Source: Rickettsiales bacterium (GTDB lineage: Bacteria > Pseudomonadota > Alphaproteobacteria > Rickettsiales > SXRF01). Taken from it: DNA of 64,000 bases. Shown one piece after another: positions 7,907 to 16,329 of this stretch (position 1 is the first letter of the stretch; each line of letters opens with the position of its first letter). The notes beneath the pieces are model-generated. The model saw only the letters and a program-made list of their open reading frames with translations. It ran no database searches and was not told the origin of the DNA. The translations under genes were made by a program, and so were the position numbers. The DNA lies in NCBI GenBank assembly GCA_021299465.1, contig JAJTHB010000022.1, positions 25,256 through 89,255 on the forward strand. Direction: 5' to 3'.

Positions 7907-8926
7907 CTAGCCCAGTACATCCAGCAGTTTGTTGGTTAGTTGTGCGCTTGCCGAATCAGCGGCCAGCCCGCTATTGTTATAGCCGTTGGCGACTGGTGTG
8001 GGGCTGTCTAACAATTTAGTACCACCAGTATTTGATGCTGGATCGGTCTCAAAAGGGTTTTTTCCAGCGCGGAAAGCAGCCAGAAACGCAACAAAGTCAG
8101 CCGGGCTTAGAGCACCGCTGCCATCAATATCAGCACTCATGTCTCCGGCACGAAAGCGACTTAACATCTCGTCAAACAGCTTCGGATCAAGTCCACCGGG
8201 ATTGTTGTTTCCAAGCGGAATGGTCGGTCCAGGGTTTGCCGTAAGTACAGGATCGCCCAGCGTTGGCGTAACCGGATATTCCGGAGTGCCAGGAATAGCA
8301 GGGAATGGTCCTGAAAATGTTGGATTTCCTAAATCAAACTTCATGCTATCGATGAACGAAAGCACATTGCCCAGCGAAGAATAAGCCTGCTTGGCACCTT
8401 CATCAGTCATGATGTTGGGGCGTGAGCCGTTCACCAGGCCATTTTCAGATAAAGAACGCAAGATCATCTTCATCGGGTCGCGTGGTGGGCGTGAAACCAG
8501 CGTCAGGACTTCGGCGCTTTCAGCAGATACAGGTGCACTGAAGAGCGACATCATGCCGCCGAAGATCTTATTAAATGCCTGCTGCATTTGCGAGCGGTCA
8601 GCATCTGTCAGATTGCCTGAAGCCGCCTTTTCGGCCAGGCCACGCAGCTGCGTAATCATGCTGCGAACCTGCGCGGGAGCGTTCGGGTAAACCGGCGTGA
8701 CCGGACCTGCTACCACATCAATCTGAGTTGCTGCTTTTTGTATTTTGGGATTCTTGGGCGGGTTCGGCGCTGTTGGCATAGTATCTGAAGCGACAGGAGG
8801 CGTTAATCCTGCCGTCTTTAATTTGCTGACCGATGCAATCTGCAATTCATTTGCTGCTGGCTTAATGCGATCAATGCTGCGCGCAGTGCTGGATTGGTAA
8901 TAGTTACCTAGGGATGAAATCGACAT
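7907..8926 (-). CDS. hypothetical Pro-rich protein with a flagellin-like helical motif and an EF-hand/dockerin-like loop
   Basis: I chose the start at ATG 8926 (AGGAGGA SD 5 nt upstream) rather than the ORF-track start at 9079. The product is 340 aa. Motifs are ITQLRGLAEKAASGNLTDADRSQMQQAF and DIDGSGALSPADFVAFLAAF. Confidence 0.65.
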   Translation of the reverse strand: MSISSLGNYYQSSTARSIDRIKPAANELQIASVSKLKTAGLTPPVASDTMPTAPNPPKNPKIQKAATQIDVVAGPVTPVYPNAPAQVRSMITQLRGLAEKAASGNLTDADRSQMQQAFNKIFGGMMSLFSAPVSAESAEVLTLVSRPPRDPMKMILRSLSENGLVNGSRPNIMTDEGAKQAYSSLGNVLSFIDSMKFDLGNPTFSGPFPAIPGTPEYPVTPTLGDPVLTANPGPTIPLGNNNPGGLDPKLFDEMLSRFRAGDMSADIDGSGALSPADFVAFLAAFRAGKNPFETDPASNTGGTKLLDSPTPVANGYNNSGLAADSASAQLTNKLLDVLG

Positions 8927-9094
8927 AGCGTCCTCCTGACACTTGGCTGTGGTTTGCCTATTGGCTCGCTCGAGCAGGCAATTACCATGCCATATAAATG
9001 GTTCTACATGATCCATGTCCTTTTTCGAAGGACAGCGGCGAGAGTAACAGCTGGGGGTTAAGAAATGATTAGCCGTCAAGATTGTGGTGAATCA

Positions 9095-9745
9095 CTAGAT
9101 AGTGTGACGACCTTTTTTATCCCCCGGGGGCGTGTCGTCCTTGCCGCGTTCTTCGGCTTCTTCCTGCTGCTTGCGAAGGCTGGCGCGAAAGCCGGCTTCT
9201 TCCTTGCGGTCTGATTTTACAAAATGTGCTTTCCAATCCGGTTCGATGCCGATGCGTCTTAAGGTGCCCTCAAGCAGAAGTTTTGCGCGGTCTGCCGAAA
9301 GCCCGTGCTCGCCAACATTCAGGAAAATCAGGTAGGTTTCGCTGCCGTTTCTTTTTTCGCTGCGCTTCTGGCGCTTGAGCGGATTTTGCGCATCATCATC
9401 CGGTAGCGAAAGAAAACCGCGAACGGCATTTTGTAATGTCTTTGCTTCGTTCCTGCCATTGACGCGCATCTGGATAACATGACCGCGTCCGGTGCTGATT
9501 TTATATTCGGCAAAATCCGTCATGCGCGAAGGGGCGATTTGCAGGTCGCTGGTCGGCGCCAGCTTTTTCAGCCCATCATTGGCGAGTTGCTGTAGCAGGC
9601 CGATGGCTTCTTTGTAGTTTTCTGAACCTTCGTCTATCTGCGTGACATAGCCGCGCGGCTTGCGCGGCGCATTGTCCGCGGCGGGAGGTGTTTCCTTATT
9701 TTTATTCTTGTCATCGCCACCGCCTAAAAGATCTCTCCAGCCCAT
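9095..9745 (-). CDS. hypothetical charged protein (orphan)
   Basis: 216-aa ORF with Lys/Glu-rich termini and no recognisable motif. Confidence 0.55.
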   Translation of the reverse strand: MGWRDLLGGGDDKNKNKETPPAADNAPRKPRGYVTQIDEGSENYKEAIGLLQQLANDGLKKLAPTSDLQIAPSRMTDFAEYKISTGRGHVIQMRVNGRNEAKTLQNAVRGFLSLPDDDAQNPLKRQKRSEKRNGSETYLIFLNVGEHGLSADRAKLLLEGTLRRIGIEPDWKAHFVKSDRKEEAGFRASLRKQQEEAEERGKDDTPPGDKKGRHTI

Positions 9746-9819
9746 TGCCCCTCCAGATTCTTAAACAGCCTGACTCTAGCGGAAGCGATGGCGATACGAA
9801 AATGAAGATTGGATGACAG

Positions 9820-10827
9820 CTATGGCCACTTTACCTCGGGCGGCATGGACATCAGGATGGCATCCACGTTGCCGCCGGTCATCAGGCCAAAGCGCGTGCC
9901 GCGATCATAGAGCAGGTTGAATTCCACATAGCGCCCGCGTTTTTTAAGCTGCCATTCGCGCTGCTCGGTTGTCCACGGCTTAAACATGTGGCGGCGGGCG
10001 ATGGCGGGGTAGATGTCTTTAAACGTCCTGCCGACCGCTTGGGTGAAGGCGAAATCCTGCTGCCAGTTGCCGGTGTTCACGTAATCATAAAATATCCCGC
10101 CGATGCCGCGCGGTTCATTCCGGTGTTTCAGGAAAAAATACTCATCGCACCATTTTTTGAACTTCGGATAATAGTCGGGATCAAACTGGTTGCAGGTGGT
10201 TTCAAATGCCGCGTGGAAATCGGCCGTGTCTTTTTCATTCGGGTACATCGGCGTGAGGTCGGCGCCGCCGCCGAACCAGAGGCGGTGGTCGGGGATCGGG
10301 GATCGGAGATCAGAATTTTGCTCATCCCTGACCCCTGACCCCTGAGCGCTGACGACGATCATTCTGGTATTCATATGCACCGCCGGCACCAGCGGCGAAC
10401 ACATATGCGCCACCAGCGAAATGCCTGACGCCCAGAAATAGGGCATGTCTGCCGCGCCCGGGATTTCTTTTCGAAACGCTTCCGAAAACTCACCATGCAC
10501 AGTCGAGATATTCACCCCGACTTTTTCAAACACGCGCCCTTTCATCACCGACATCTCGCCGCCGCCGCCTTGGTCCCTAGACCAAGGTGTCTTTTTAAAT
10601 GCGCCCGCGAAAATCTCCTGATTTTCGCATGGCGCGCCGCCAGCGGGCTGATGGCTCGCGCGGTCTGCTGCCCGCGCTTCTTCATAAAATTCCATCTCCA
10701 TTTTTTCAAACTCGGCGCAGATCTGATCGCGTAGCTCGCGAAACCAGTCCTGTGCAGTTGATTGTTGTTGTGGCAGGTCTAGGTTCATATCCATAGGCTG
10801 GCGAAGGTTAGCCTTGTGTGCAGTCAT
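9820..10827 (-). CDS. hemF: oxygen-dependent coproporphyrinogen III oxidase
   Basis: 335 aa. Motifs are [10 protein letters not shown] and [20 protein letters not shown] overlap with the upstream trmL. Confidence 0.9.
   Translation of the reverse strand: MTAHKANLRQPMDMNLDLPQQQSTAQDWFRELRDQICAEFEKMEMEFYEEARAADRASHQPAGGAPCENQEIFAGAFKKTPWSRDQGGGGEMSVMKGRVFEKVGVNISTVHGEFSEAFRKEIPGAADMPYFWASGISLVAHMCSPLVPAVHMNTRMIVVSAQGSGVRDEQNSDLRSPIPDHRLWFGGGADLTPMYPNEKDTADFHAAFETTCNQFDPDYYPKFKKWCDEYFFLKHRNEPRGIGGIFYDYVNTGNWQQDFAFTQAVGRTFKDIYPAIARRHMFKPWTTEQREWQLKKRGRYVEFNLLYDRGTRFGLMTGGNVDAILMSMPPEVKWP
10289..10353. repeat. heptamer-array imperfect palindrome inside hemF
   Basis: The left arm is GGGGATC GGGGATC GGAGATC. 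The right arm is CCCTGAC CCCTGAC CCCTGAG CGCTGAC. It is translated in frame as [18 protein letters not shown]. Confidence 0.75.
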
Positions 10828-11297
10828 AGCGTCATCTTTCCAAAATGTCCCGTTTGCCGTAGCGCTTCGCTAAGCGCGATGCAAGCCGCTTGCGCGACAT
10901 TCAGTGATCGAACCCCAGCTTTCATCGGGATCATCACCGCCGCATCGCACGCTGCCGCCACCTCATCCGGAACCCCGCCTGTTTCCTGCCCAAGCAGCAG
11001 AATATCGTCAGGGCGGTAAGCGAAGTCCAGATAAGAGGTTGCTACACGCGGATAAACGAGTACCACACGCGGGTGCGGCGCGGCTTGTCTTAGATCAAGA
11101 AAACGCTGCCATGATGGGTGGCGATGGATGATGGCGTGATCCCCATAATCCATCATCGTCCGGCGGAGGCGTTTTTCATCCAGAATAAAACCGCACGGCT
11201 CAATGATGTGCAGCGGCACATCCAGACAGGCGCATAGCCGGATAATGCTGCCGGTGTTCTGGGGGATATCGGGCTGGTATAAAGCGAGAGAGGGCAT
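10824..11297 (-). CDS. trmL: tRNA (cytidine/uridine-2'-O)-methyltransferase, SpoU/TrmL type
   Basis: 157 aa. It has [13 protein letters not shown] and a C-terminal SLNVAQAA knot motif. Confidence 0.85.
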   Translation of the reverse strand: MPSLALYQPDIPQNTGSIIRLCACLDVPLHIIEPCGFILDEKRLRRTMMDYGDHAIIHRHPSWQRFLDLRQAAPHPRVVLVYPRVATSYLDFAYRPDDILLLGQETGGVPDEVAAACDAAVMIPMKAGVRSLNVAQAACIALSEALRQTGHFGKMTL

Positions 11298-11303
11298 CTG
11301 AGG

Positions 11304-11419
11304 ACTCTACTATGTCGGATCGCTTGCTTGCAAGCCTGTGCTTCCGGTGCTCACATACTTAAACGTACGCTGCGCGCCGGTTCTCGCCTTGCGGCGCATC
11401 GATCTCGGCCTAGCGAGTC
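11304..11419 (+). repeat. long-hairpin element, copy E1 (diverged)
   Basis: It starts ACTCTACT and ends GCGAGTC like copies E2 and E4, with the same arm/centre layout. It lies directly upstream of the trmL start. Confidence 0.6.
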
Positions 11420-11511
11420 CTAAAAGCATTCTTAAACAAATGCTTATTTCTTAACAAAACCTTCACAAAAATCAGCTGGAAGCGGGCTTAGAGCTAAGGC
11501 ATAATCGTACT

Positions 11512-11760
11512 ATGTTTTTTCGCCGCCCGCCGCTCATGAATCAAGACCCGCGTGACCCGCGGTTTAATATTTTTTACATGCTGACCGGCGGTGTCACCTT
11601 TGTTGCGTTTGCCACCAGCTTCGGCCCCTGCCTCTTCAGTATCGATTCGATCCCCGCCTGTATCGAAAACGCGCATCAATGGGTGGATGTGCTGAAAGGT
11701 GTCGGCGACCATCTGATCGCCTGGGGCACCGCCTTCGTTAAAGCCGCTTTCGCGGCTTAG
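11512..11760 (+). CDS. small hypothetical protein (possible membrane protein)
   Basis: 82-aa ORF on the same strand as the repeat-protein gene, ending 19 nt before it. SD is weak. An alternative antisense ORF (11494..11826) cannot be excluded. Confidence 0.35.
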   Translation: MFFRRPPLMNQDPRDPRFNIFYMLTGGVTFVAFATSFGPCLFSIDSIPACIENAHQWVDVLKGVGDHLIAWGTAFVKAAFAA

Positions 11761-11779
11761 CTTAACCAAAGCCAGCCTG

Positions 11780-13468
11780 ATGACTGAATCCAGTAAGCCC
11801 AACTCCGGTGTTTCATTTTCTACCATTAAAGTGGATGGTCGCAGTCTTGAAACCAGTCAGGCATCATTTGAGGCGGCAAAAAAATGGCTTGCCGATCTTC
11901 GAGAAAAGATGCTTGAGCATCATAAATCATTTAGTGGCGCGAATTCTTTAGACGATGGCGTTCATTCTTTAGTGTCGGCAACTCAAATGCAGAGCGGAAT
12001 TATTGACGCATTGTCACACGGTGGTGCAACCAGCACGCTGATTGAGCAAACAGAAGAGGCGGCGCGGCGGCTGGGGATGCCCCCTGACGACGCCATCCGC
12101 CCCGCGCTTTACCGCATATTGGCCGTCGAGCTTCTTTCCAATGCGCAAAGCTATGACCTGCCATCGGAAAAAATGGTTATGTTAACAAAATATCAGGGTT
12201 TTTTGCCTTTACCTGAATTGCTGCTGGATACGGGAGGATATTTTGAAGGTAATGCCTCTACCGTGCAGCGGGTGGTGCTAAAGAACAAAGACCCTCGTCA
12301 AAAGTTGCGTGAGGTAAAAAAGGAAACAGACGCCATTCTGGCTGAAGAGGAATTTAAGGACTTCAAGGATAATGCCTCAACCGTGCAGCAGGTGGTGGTG
12401 AGAAACTTAGATCCGCGCCAAAAATTGCGCGACGTAAGGAGGGAAACGGACACGATTCTGGCCGAAGAGGAATTTAAAGACTTCAGGGATAATCGCTATA
12501 CCGTGCAGCAGGTGGCAGTGGATAACAAAGACCCACGCCAAAAGCTGCGCGACGTGATGAAAGAGACGTCGGCGATTCTGGCCGAAGAGGAATTTAAGGA
12601 CTTCAAAGATAATGCTTCTATCGTGCAGCAGGTGGTGGTGGATACAAAAAACCCGCGTGAAAAGCTGCGCGGCGTGATGAAAGAGACGTCGGCGATTCTG
12701 GCCGAAGAAGAATTTGTGAGCTTCAGGGATAATCACCTCACCGTGCAGCTTGTGGTGGTGGAAAATAAAAACCCGCGCGAAAAGCTGCGCGGCGTGATGA
12801 AAGAGACGTCGGCGATTCTGGCCGAAGAAGAATTTGTGAGTTTCAAGGATAATGCCTACACCGTGCAGCAGGTGGTTGCGGGGAACCAAGATCCTCGCCA
12901 AAAACTCCGTGACGTGAAGAGTGAAACGGACGCCATTCTGGCTGAAGAGGAATTTAAGGACTTTGTCGATAAGCACTCTACTGTGCAGTATGTAGTGGTT
13001 AGGAACAAAGACCCGCGCCAAAAGCTCCGTGACGTGAAGAAGCAAACGGACGCCATTCTGGCAGAAGTGGAATTTGAGGACTTCAGGGATAATCGCCCCA
13101 TCGTGCGGCGGTTGGTGGTGCAAAATAAAGAACCACGCCAAAAATTACGTGACGTGAAGAAGCAAACGGACGCTATTCTGGCTGAAGAGGAATTTAAGGA
13201 CTTCAAGGATAATGCCTCCACCGTGCAGCAGGTGGTGGTGGGGAATAAAGACCCTAGGGAAAGGCTCAGGTCAGCCTTAAAAAGCTATGAGTCCTTAGAG
13301 AAAGATTATCAAGAGCCGCTCGATGCTGGTAAGTTGACGAAAGCACATATTTTGCATGCCGCCGCCACTTACACGGGGCAGGGACAGAAAGATCGGTTGA
13401 ATGCGACACTGGCGAGAAAGCGCCTTGCGGCCTCACCGCTCGCTTCGTCGGTTGGGGTGGGCATATGA
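11780..13468 (+). CDS. orphan tandem-repeat protein (8.5 x 40-aa repeats)
   Basis: 562-aa ORF. Residues from about 159 to 498 are 40-aa units with consensus ASTVQQVVVxNKDPRQKLRDVKKETDAILAEEEFKDFKDN. Confidence 0.8.
   Translation: MTESSKPNSGVSFSTIKVDGRSLETSQASFEAAKKWLADLREKMLEHHKSFSGANSLDDGVHSLVSATQMQSGIIDALSHGGATSTLIEQTEEAARRLGMPPDDAIRPALYRILAVELLSNAQSYDLPSEKMVMLTKYQGFLPLPELLLDTGGYFEGNASTVQRVVLKNKDPRQKLREVKKETDAILAEEEFKDFKDNASTVQQVVVRNLDPRQKLRDVRRETDTILAEEEFKDFRDNRYTVQQVAVDNKDPRQKLRDVMKETSAILAEEEFKDFKDNASIVQQVVVDTKNPREKLRGVMKETSAILAEEEFVSFRDNHLTVQLVVVENKNPREKLRGVMKETSAILAEEEFVSFKDNAYTVQQVVAGNQDPRQKLRDVKSETDAILAEEEFKDFVDKHSTVQYVVVRNKDPRQKLRDVKKQTDAILAEVEFEDFRDNRPIVRRLVVQNKEPRQKLRDVKKQTDAILAEEEFKDFKDNASTVQQVVVGNKDPRERLRSALKSYESLEKDYQEPLDAGKLTKAHILHAAATYTGQGQKDRLNATLARKRLAASPLASSVGVGI
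12254..13273 (+). repeat. 120-bp in-frame tandem repeat array (8.5 copies)
   Basis: Units start at 12254, 12374, 12494, 12614, 12734, 12854, 12974, 13094 and 13214. There are no spacers and the reading frame is continuous. Confidence 0.9.
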
Positions 13469-13583
13469 TGCATCCCAGCCGCAGGCGCAGATAATTCTCA
13501 TTTTCTATGCGCCAGTACTTGCAACTTCGTTCGCGTTTGTTATAGAAATGACCCGATAGTCGTTTATTTTATCGGGATAATCC

Positions 13584-14123
13584 ATGAGTCATCACACCTC
13601 TTCTTCTGATCATTCGCACGAACCAACACGGCGCGATTTTATGGCACTCGCTGCTGGCGGCATGGCCGCTGTGGGCGGCTGCGCGGCGCTTTGGCCGTTT
13701 GTCGACAGCATGAATCCTGCTGCCGATACGCTGGCGCTTTCGACCATTGAGGTCGATCTTTCGCCGATTCAGCCCGGCCAGACCGTGCGCGTGAAATGGC
13801 GCGGTGTGCCGGTCTTTATCCGCCACCGCACGCAGGAAAATATCGATGAGGCGCGTGCGGTTGCCCTGACCGACCTCAAAGATCCACAAAGTGATGAAGA
13901 GCGCGTCCAAAAAGGCAAAGATCAGTGGCTGGTAATGGTCGGCGTCTGCACGCATCTTGGCTGTATTCCGGTGAATGATGCGGGTGATTACAAAGGCTGG
14001 TTCTGCCCCTGCCACGGCTCACATTATGATACGTCAGGGCGCATCCGCAAAGGTCCGGCGCCGACCAACCTCACCGTTCCAACCTATGCGTTCATCGCAG
14101 ATAACCGCATTAAAATCGGATAA
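13584..14123 (+). CDS. petA: ubiquinol-cytochrome c reductase Rieske iron-sulfur subunit
   Basis: 179 aa with a Tat-like N-terminus (TRRDFM) and the CTHLGC and CPCHGSHYD cluster motifs. Confidence 0.95.
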   Translation: MSHHTSSSDHSHEPTRRDFMALAAGGMAAVGGCAALWPFVDSMNPAADTLALSTIEVDLSPIQPGQTVRVKWRGVPVFIRHRTQENIDEARAVALTDLKDPQSDEERVQKGKDQWLVMVGVCTHLGCIPVNDAGDYKGWFCPCHGSHYDTSGRIRKGPAPTNLTVPTYAFIADNRIKIG

Positions 14124-14128
14124 CACCC

Positions 14129-15400
14129 ATGGCACAAAAACCAACGACGCAGGCTCCCGGAGTTAAAGGCTGGATCGAGTACCGTCTGCCAATTTTCTCG
14201 TTCATCGATAATTCGCTCGGCAGCAAGTATCCCGCGCCGCGCAACCTGAATTACTGGTGGAATTTCGGCTCGCTTGCCGGCATTTGCCTTGTCATGCAGA
14301 TTTTAACCGGCCTGTTCCTGACCATGCATTATGTGCCACATACCTCGATGGCGTTTGACAGTGTGGAGCGCATCATGCGCGAGGTGAATTTCGGCTGGCT
14401 GCTTCGCTATATGCATGCGGTCGGTGCGTCGATGTTCTTTATTGTCGTTTATATCCATATCTCGCGCGGTCTGTATTACGGCTCCTACAAAGCGCCGCGC
14501 GAAATTCTCTGGTGGCTCGGCCTTGTGATTTTCCTGCTGATGATGGCGACCGCTTTCCTCGGCTATGTGCTTCCATGGGGGCAGATGAGCTTCTGGGGCG
14601 CGACTGTGATCACCAATTTATTCTCGGCGATTCCGGGTGTGGGCGAGGCGATTGTCCACTGGCTCTGGGGTGGTTTCTCGGTCGAGAACCCGACGCTGAA
14701 CCGCTTCTACTCGCTGCATTTCCTCTTGCCGTTTGTGATTGTCGGCGTGGTGATCCTTCATATCTGGGCGCTGCACGTGCATGGCTCGAACAACCCGCTC
14801 GGCATTGATGTGAAAACACCGCAGGATACCATCCCGTTTCATCCTTACTACACCTATAAGGATTTCTTCGGCTTTGGCGTTTTCGCGCTGGTCATGTTCA
14901 GCTTCGTGTTTTTTGCGCCGAACGTGCTTGGGCACCCAGACAATTACATTGAAGCCAATCCGCTGGTGACGCCGCCTCATATTGTGCCGGAGTGGTACTT
15001 CCTGCCGTTTTATGCGATTCTGCGCGCTACGCCCGACATCGGTATTCCGCTTACTAATATCATTTTCATCGAATCTAAACTCGCTGGTGTGATTGCGATG
15101 TTCGGTTCGATTCTTATTTTATTCGCGTTGCCGTGGATTGATCGCTCGCCGGTCAGAAGCGGTGATTTCCGCCCGCTCTTTAAGCCGCTTTATTACCTAT
15201 TCATGGTCAATATGGTGTTTCTTGGCTGGCTCGGCGCGATGCCAGCAGAAGGCATCTATGTGATCATGGGGCGCGTGGCTATGGCGATTTATTTTGGCTA
15301 TTTCGTAGCGCTGTGGCTGCTTTCTAAAAATGAAAAAACGTTGCCACTGCCGAAAAGTATCAGCGAAGCGGTGCTTTCAAAGCCTGCGGCCGCGCATTGA
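14129..15400 (+). CDS. petB: cytochrome b
   Basis: 423 aa, multi-TM. It has NYWWNFGSL and conserved His-bearing helices, and lies between petA and petC. Confidence 0.95.
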   Translation: MAQKPTTQAPGVKGWIEYRLPIFSFIDNSLGSKYPAPRNLNYWWNFGSLAGICLVMQILTGLFLTMHYVPHTSMAFDSVERIMREVNFGWLLRYMHAVGASMFFIVVYIHISRGLYYGSYKAPREILWWLGLVIFLLMMATAFLGYVLPWGQMSFWGATVITNLFSAIPGVGEAIVHWLWGGFSVENPTLNRFYSLHFLLPFVIVGVVILHIWALHVHGSNNPLGIDVKTPQDTIPFHPYYTYKDFFGFGVFALVMFSFVFFAPNVLGHPDNYIEANPLVTPPHIVPEWYFLPFYAILRATPDIGIPLTNIIFIESKLAGVIAMFGSILILFALPWIDRSPVRSGDFRPLFKPLYYLFMVNMVFLGWLGAMPAEGIYVIMGRVAMAIYFGYFVALWLLSKNEKTLPLPKSISEAVLSKPAAAH

Positions 15401-15411
15401 TTGGGGATGAT

Positions 15412-16173
15412 ATGAAAAAAAGAATTTTGTTTGCCGCATCGCTTTGGGTCGTTGTACTTGCCCCTTCAGCCTATGCAGCTGGTGATGTGAAGCATCCCCG
15501 TAGTGTGGAGTGGCCGTTTAAGGGTGTGTTCGGCACCGTCGATGAACAGGCGGCCCAGCGCGGTTTTCAGGTTTATAAAGAAGTCTGTGCGGCGTGCCAT
15601 GGCCTGAAGCGCATTGCCTTTCGTAACCTCGCTGATATTGGTTTTACCGAAGCAGAGATCAAGGCCTTGGCTGCGACCTACCAGATCAAGGATGGCCCCA
15701 ATGACGAAGGCGAAATGTATGAGCGTCCCGGCAAGCCGTCTGATTATTTCCCAAAACCTTATGCTAACGAAAACCAGGCGCGTGCTACCCATAACGGCGC
15801 TTATCCCCCCGACCAGAGCCTGATTATTAAAGCGCGTGAGAATGGTGCGAACTACCTTTATTCGCTACTCACCGGCTATGTGCCAGCACCGGCTGATGTT
15901 CAGCTGGGCGCCGGCATGCACTATAATCCTTACTTCCCGGGCGGTGCTCTCGCGATGGCCGCGCCGCTAGCTGATGGTCAGGTAACCTATCAGGACGGCA
16001 CGCAGGCGACTGTCGACCAGATGGCGCGTGATGTTACTATCTTCCTGCAATGGGCAGCAGAACCAGAGATGGAAGATCGCAAGCAGATGGGCATCAAGGT
16101 GTTATTCTTCCTTGCCGTATTCACGGGCTTTATGTTTGTGGCGTATCGCAGGTTGTGGAGTAATCTCCACTAA
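15412..16173 (+). CDS. petC: cytochrome c1
   Basis: ATG 15412 (MKKRILF signal peptide) is preferred over TTG 15397. It has the CAACH heme motif and a C-terminal TM anchor. Confidence 0.9.
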   Translation: MKKRILFAASLWVVVLAPSAYAAGDVKHPRSVEWPFKGVFGTVDEQAAQRGFQVYKEVCAACHGLKRIAFRNLADIGFTEAEIKALAATYQIKDGPNDEGEMYERPGKPSDYFPKPYANENQARATHNGAYPPDQSLIIKARENGANYLYSLLTGYVPAPADVQLGAGMHYNPYFPGGALAMAAPLADGQVTYQDGTQATVDQMARDVTIFLQWAAEPEMEDRKQMGIKVLFFLAVFTGFMFVAYRRLWSNLH

Positions 16174-16174
16174 T

Positions 16175-16293
16175 ACTCTACTTTGGCTTCAAATCTTGTT
16201 GCGATTGAGTCTCCCTAAGAAAACGTCATGTACTTGTATGTACACTCGTTTTCTCGTACTCTGTCGCGGCGCGCTTTTTTGCCAAAGCGAGTT
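16175..16293 (+). repeat. long-hairpin element, copy E2
   Basis: It starts 2 nt after the petC stop. The outer stem is CTTTGGC/GCCAAAG and the inner stem is GAAAACG/CGTTTTC. Positions 16184-16289 are identical to 18542-18647. Confidence 0.9.
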
Positions 16294-16329
16294 ATTCAAG
16301 CCCTCTATCTCTAACAGCATTGGTTTTCA

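Noticed and set aside
11494-11826. A 110-aa minus-strand ORF overlapping the small plus ORF and the start of the repeat-protein gene.
   Set aside because: It has no SD and overlaps two co-oriented plus ORFs. I kept only the plus-strand candidate, at low confidence. Neither can be proven from sequence alone.
12407-13221. Antisense ORFs of 244 aa and 121 aa inside the repeat array.
   Set aside because: They are periodic shadows of the plus-strand repeats. They have no start context and overlap the better-supported 562-aa ORF.
12254-13273. A regular 120-bp repeat array that could be mistaken for a CRISPR-like or satellite locus.
   Set aside because: The units are contiguous with no spacers. 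They keep one long reading frame with codon-level conservation, so this is a coding tandem repeat.
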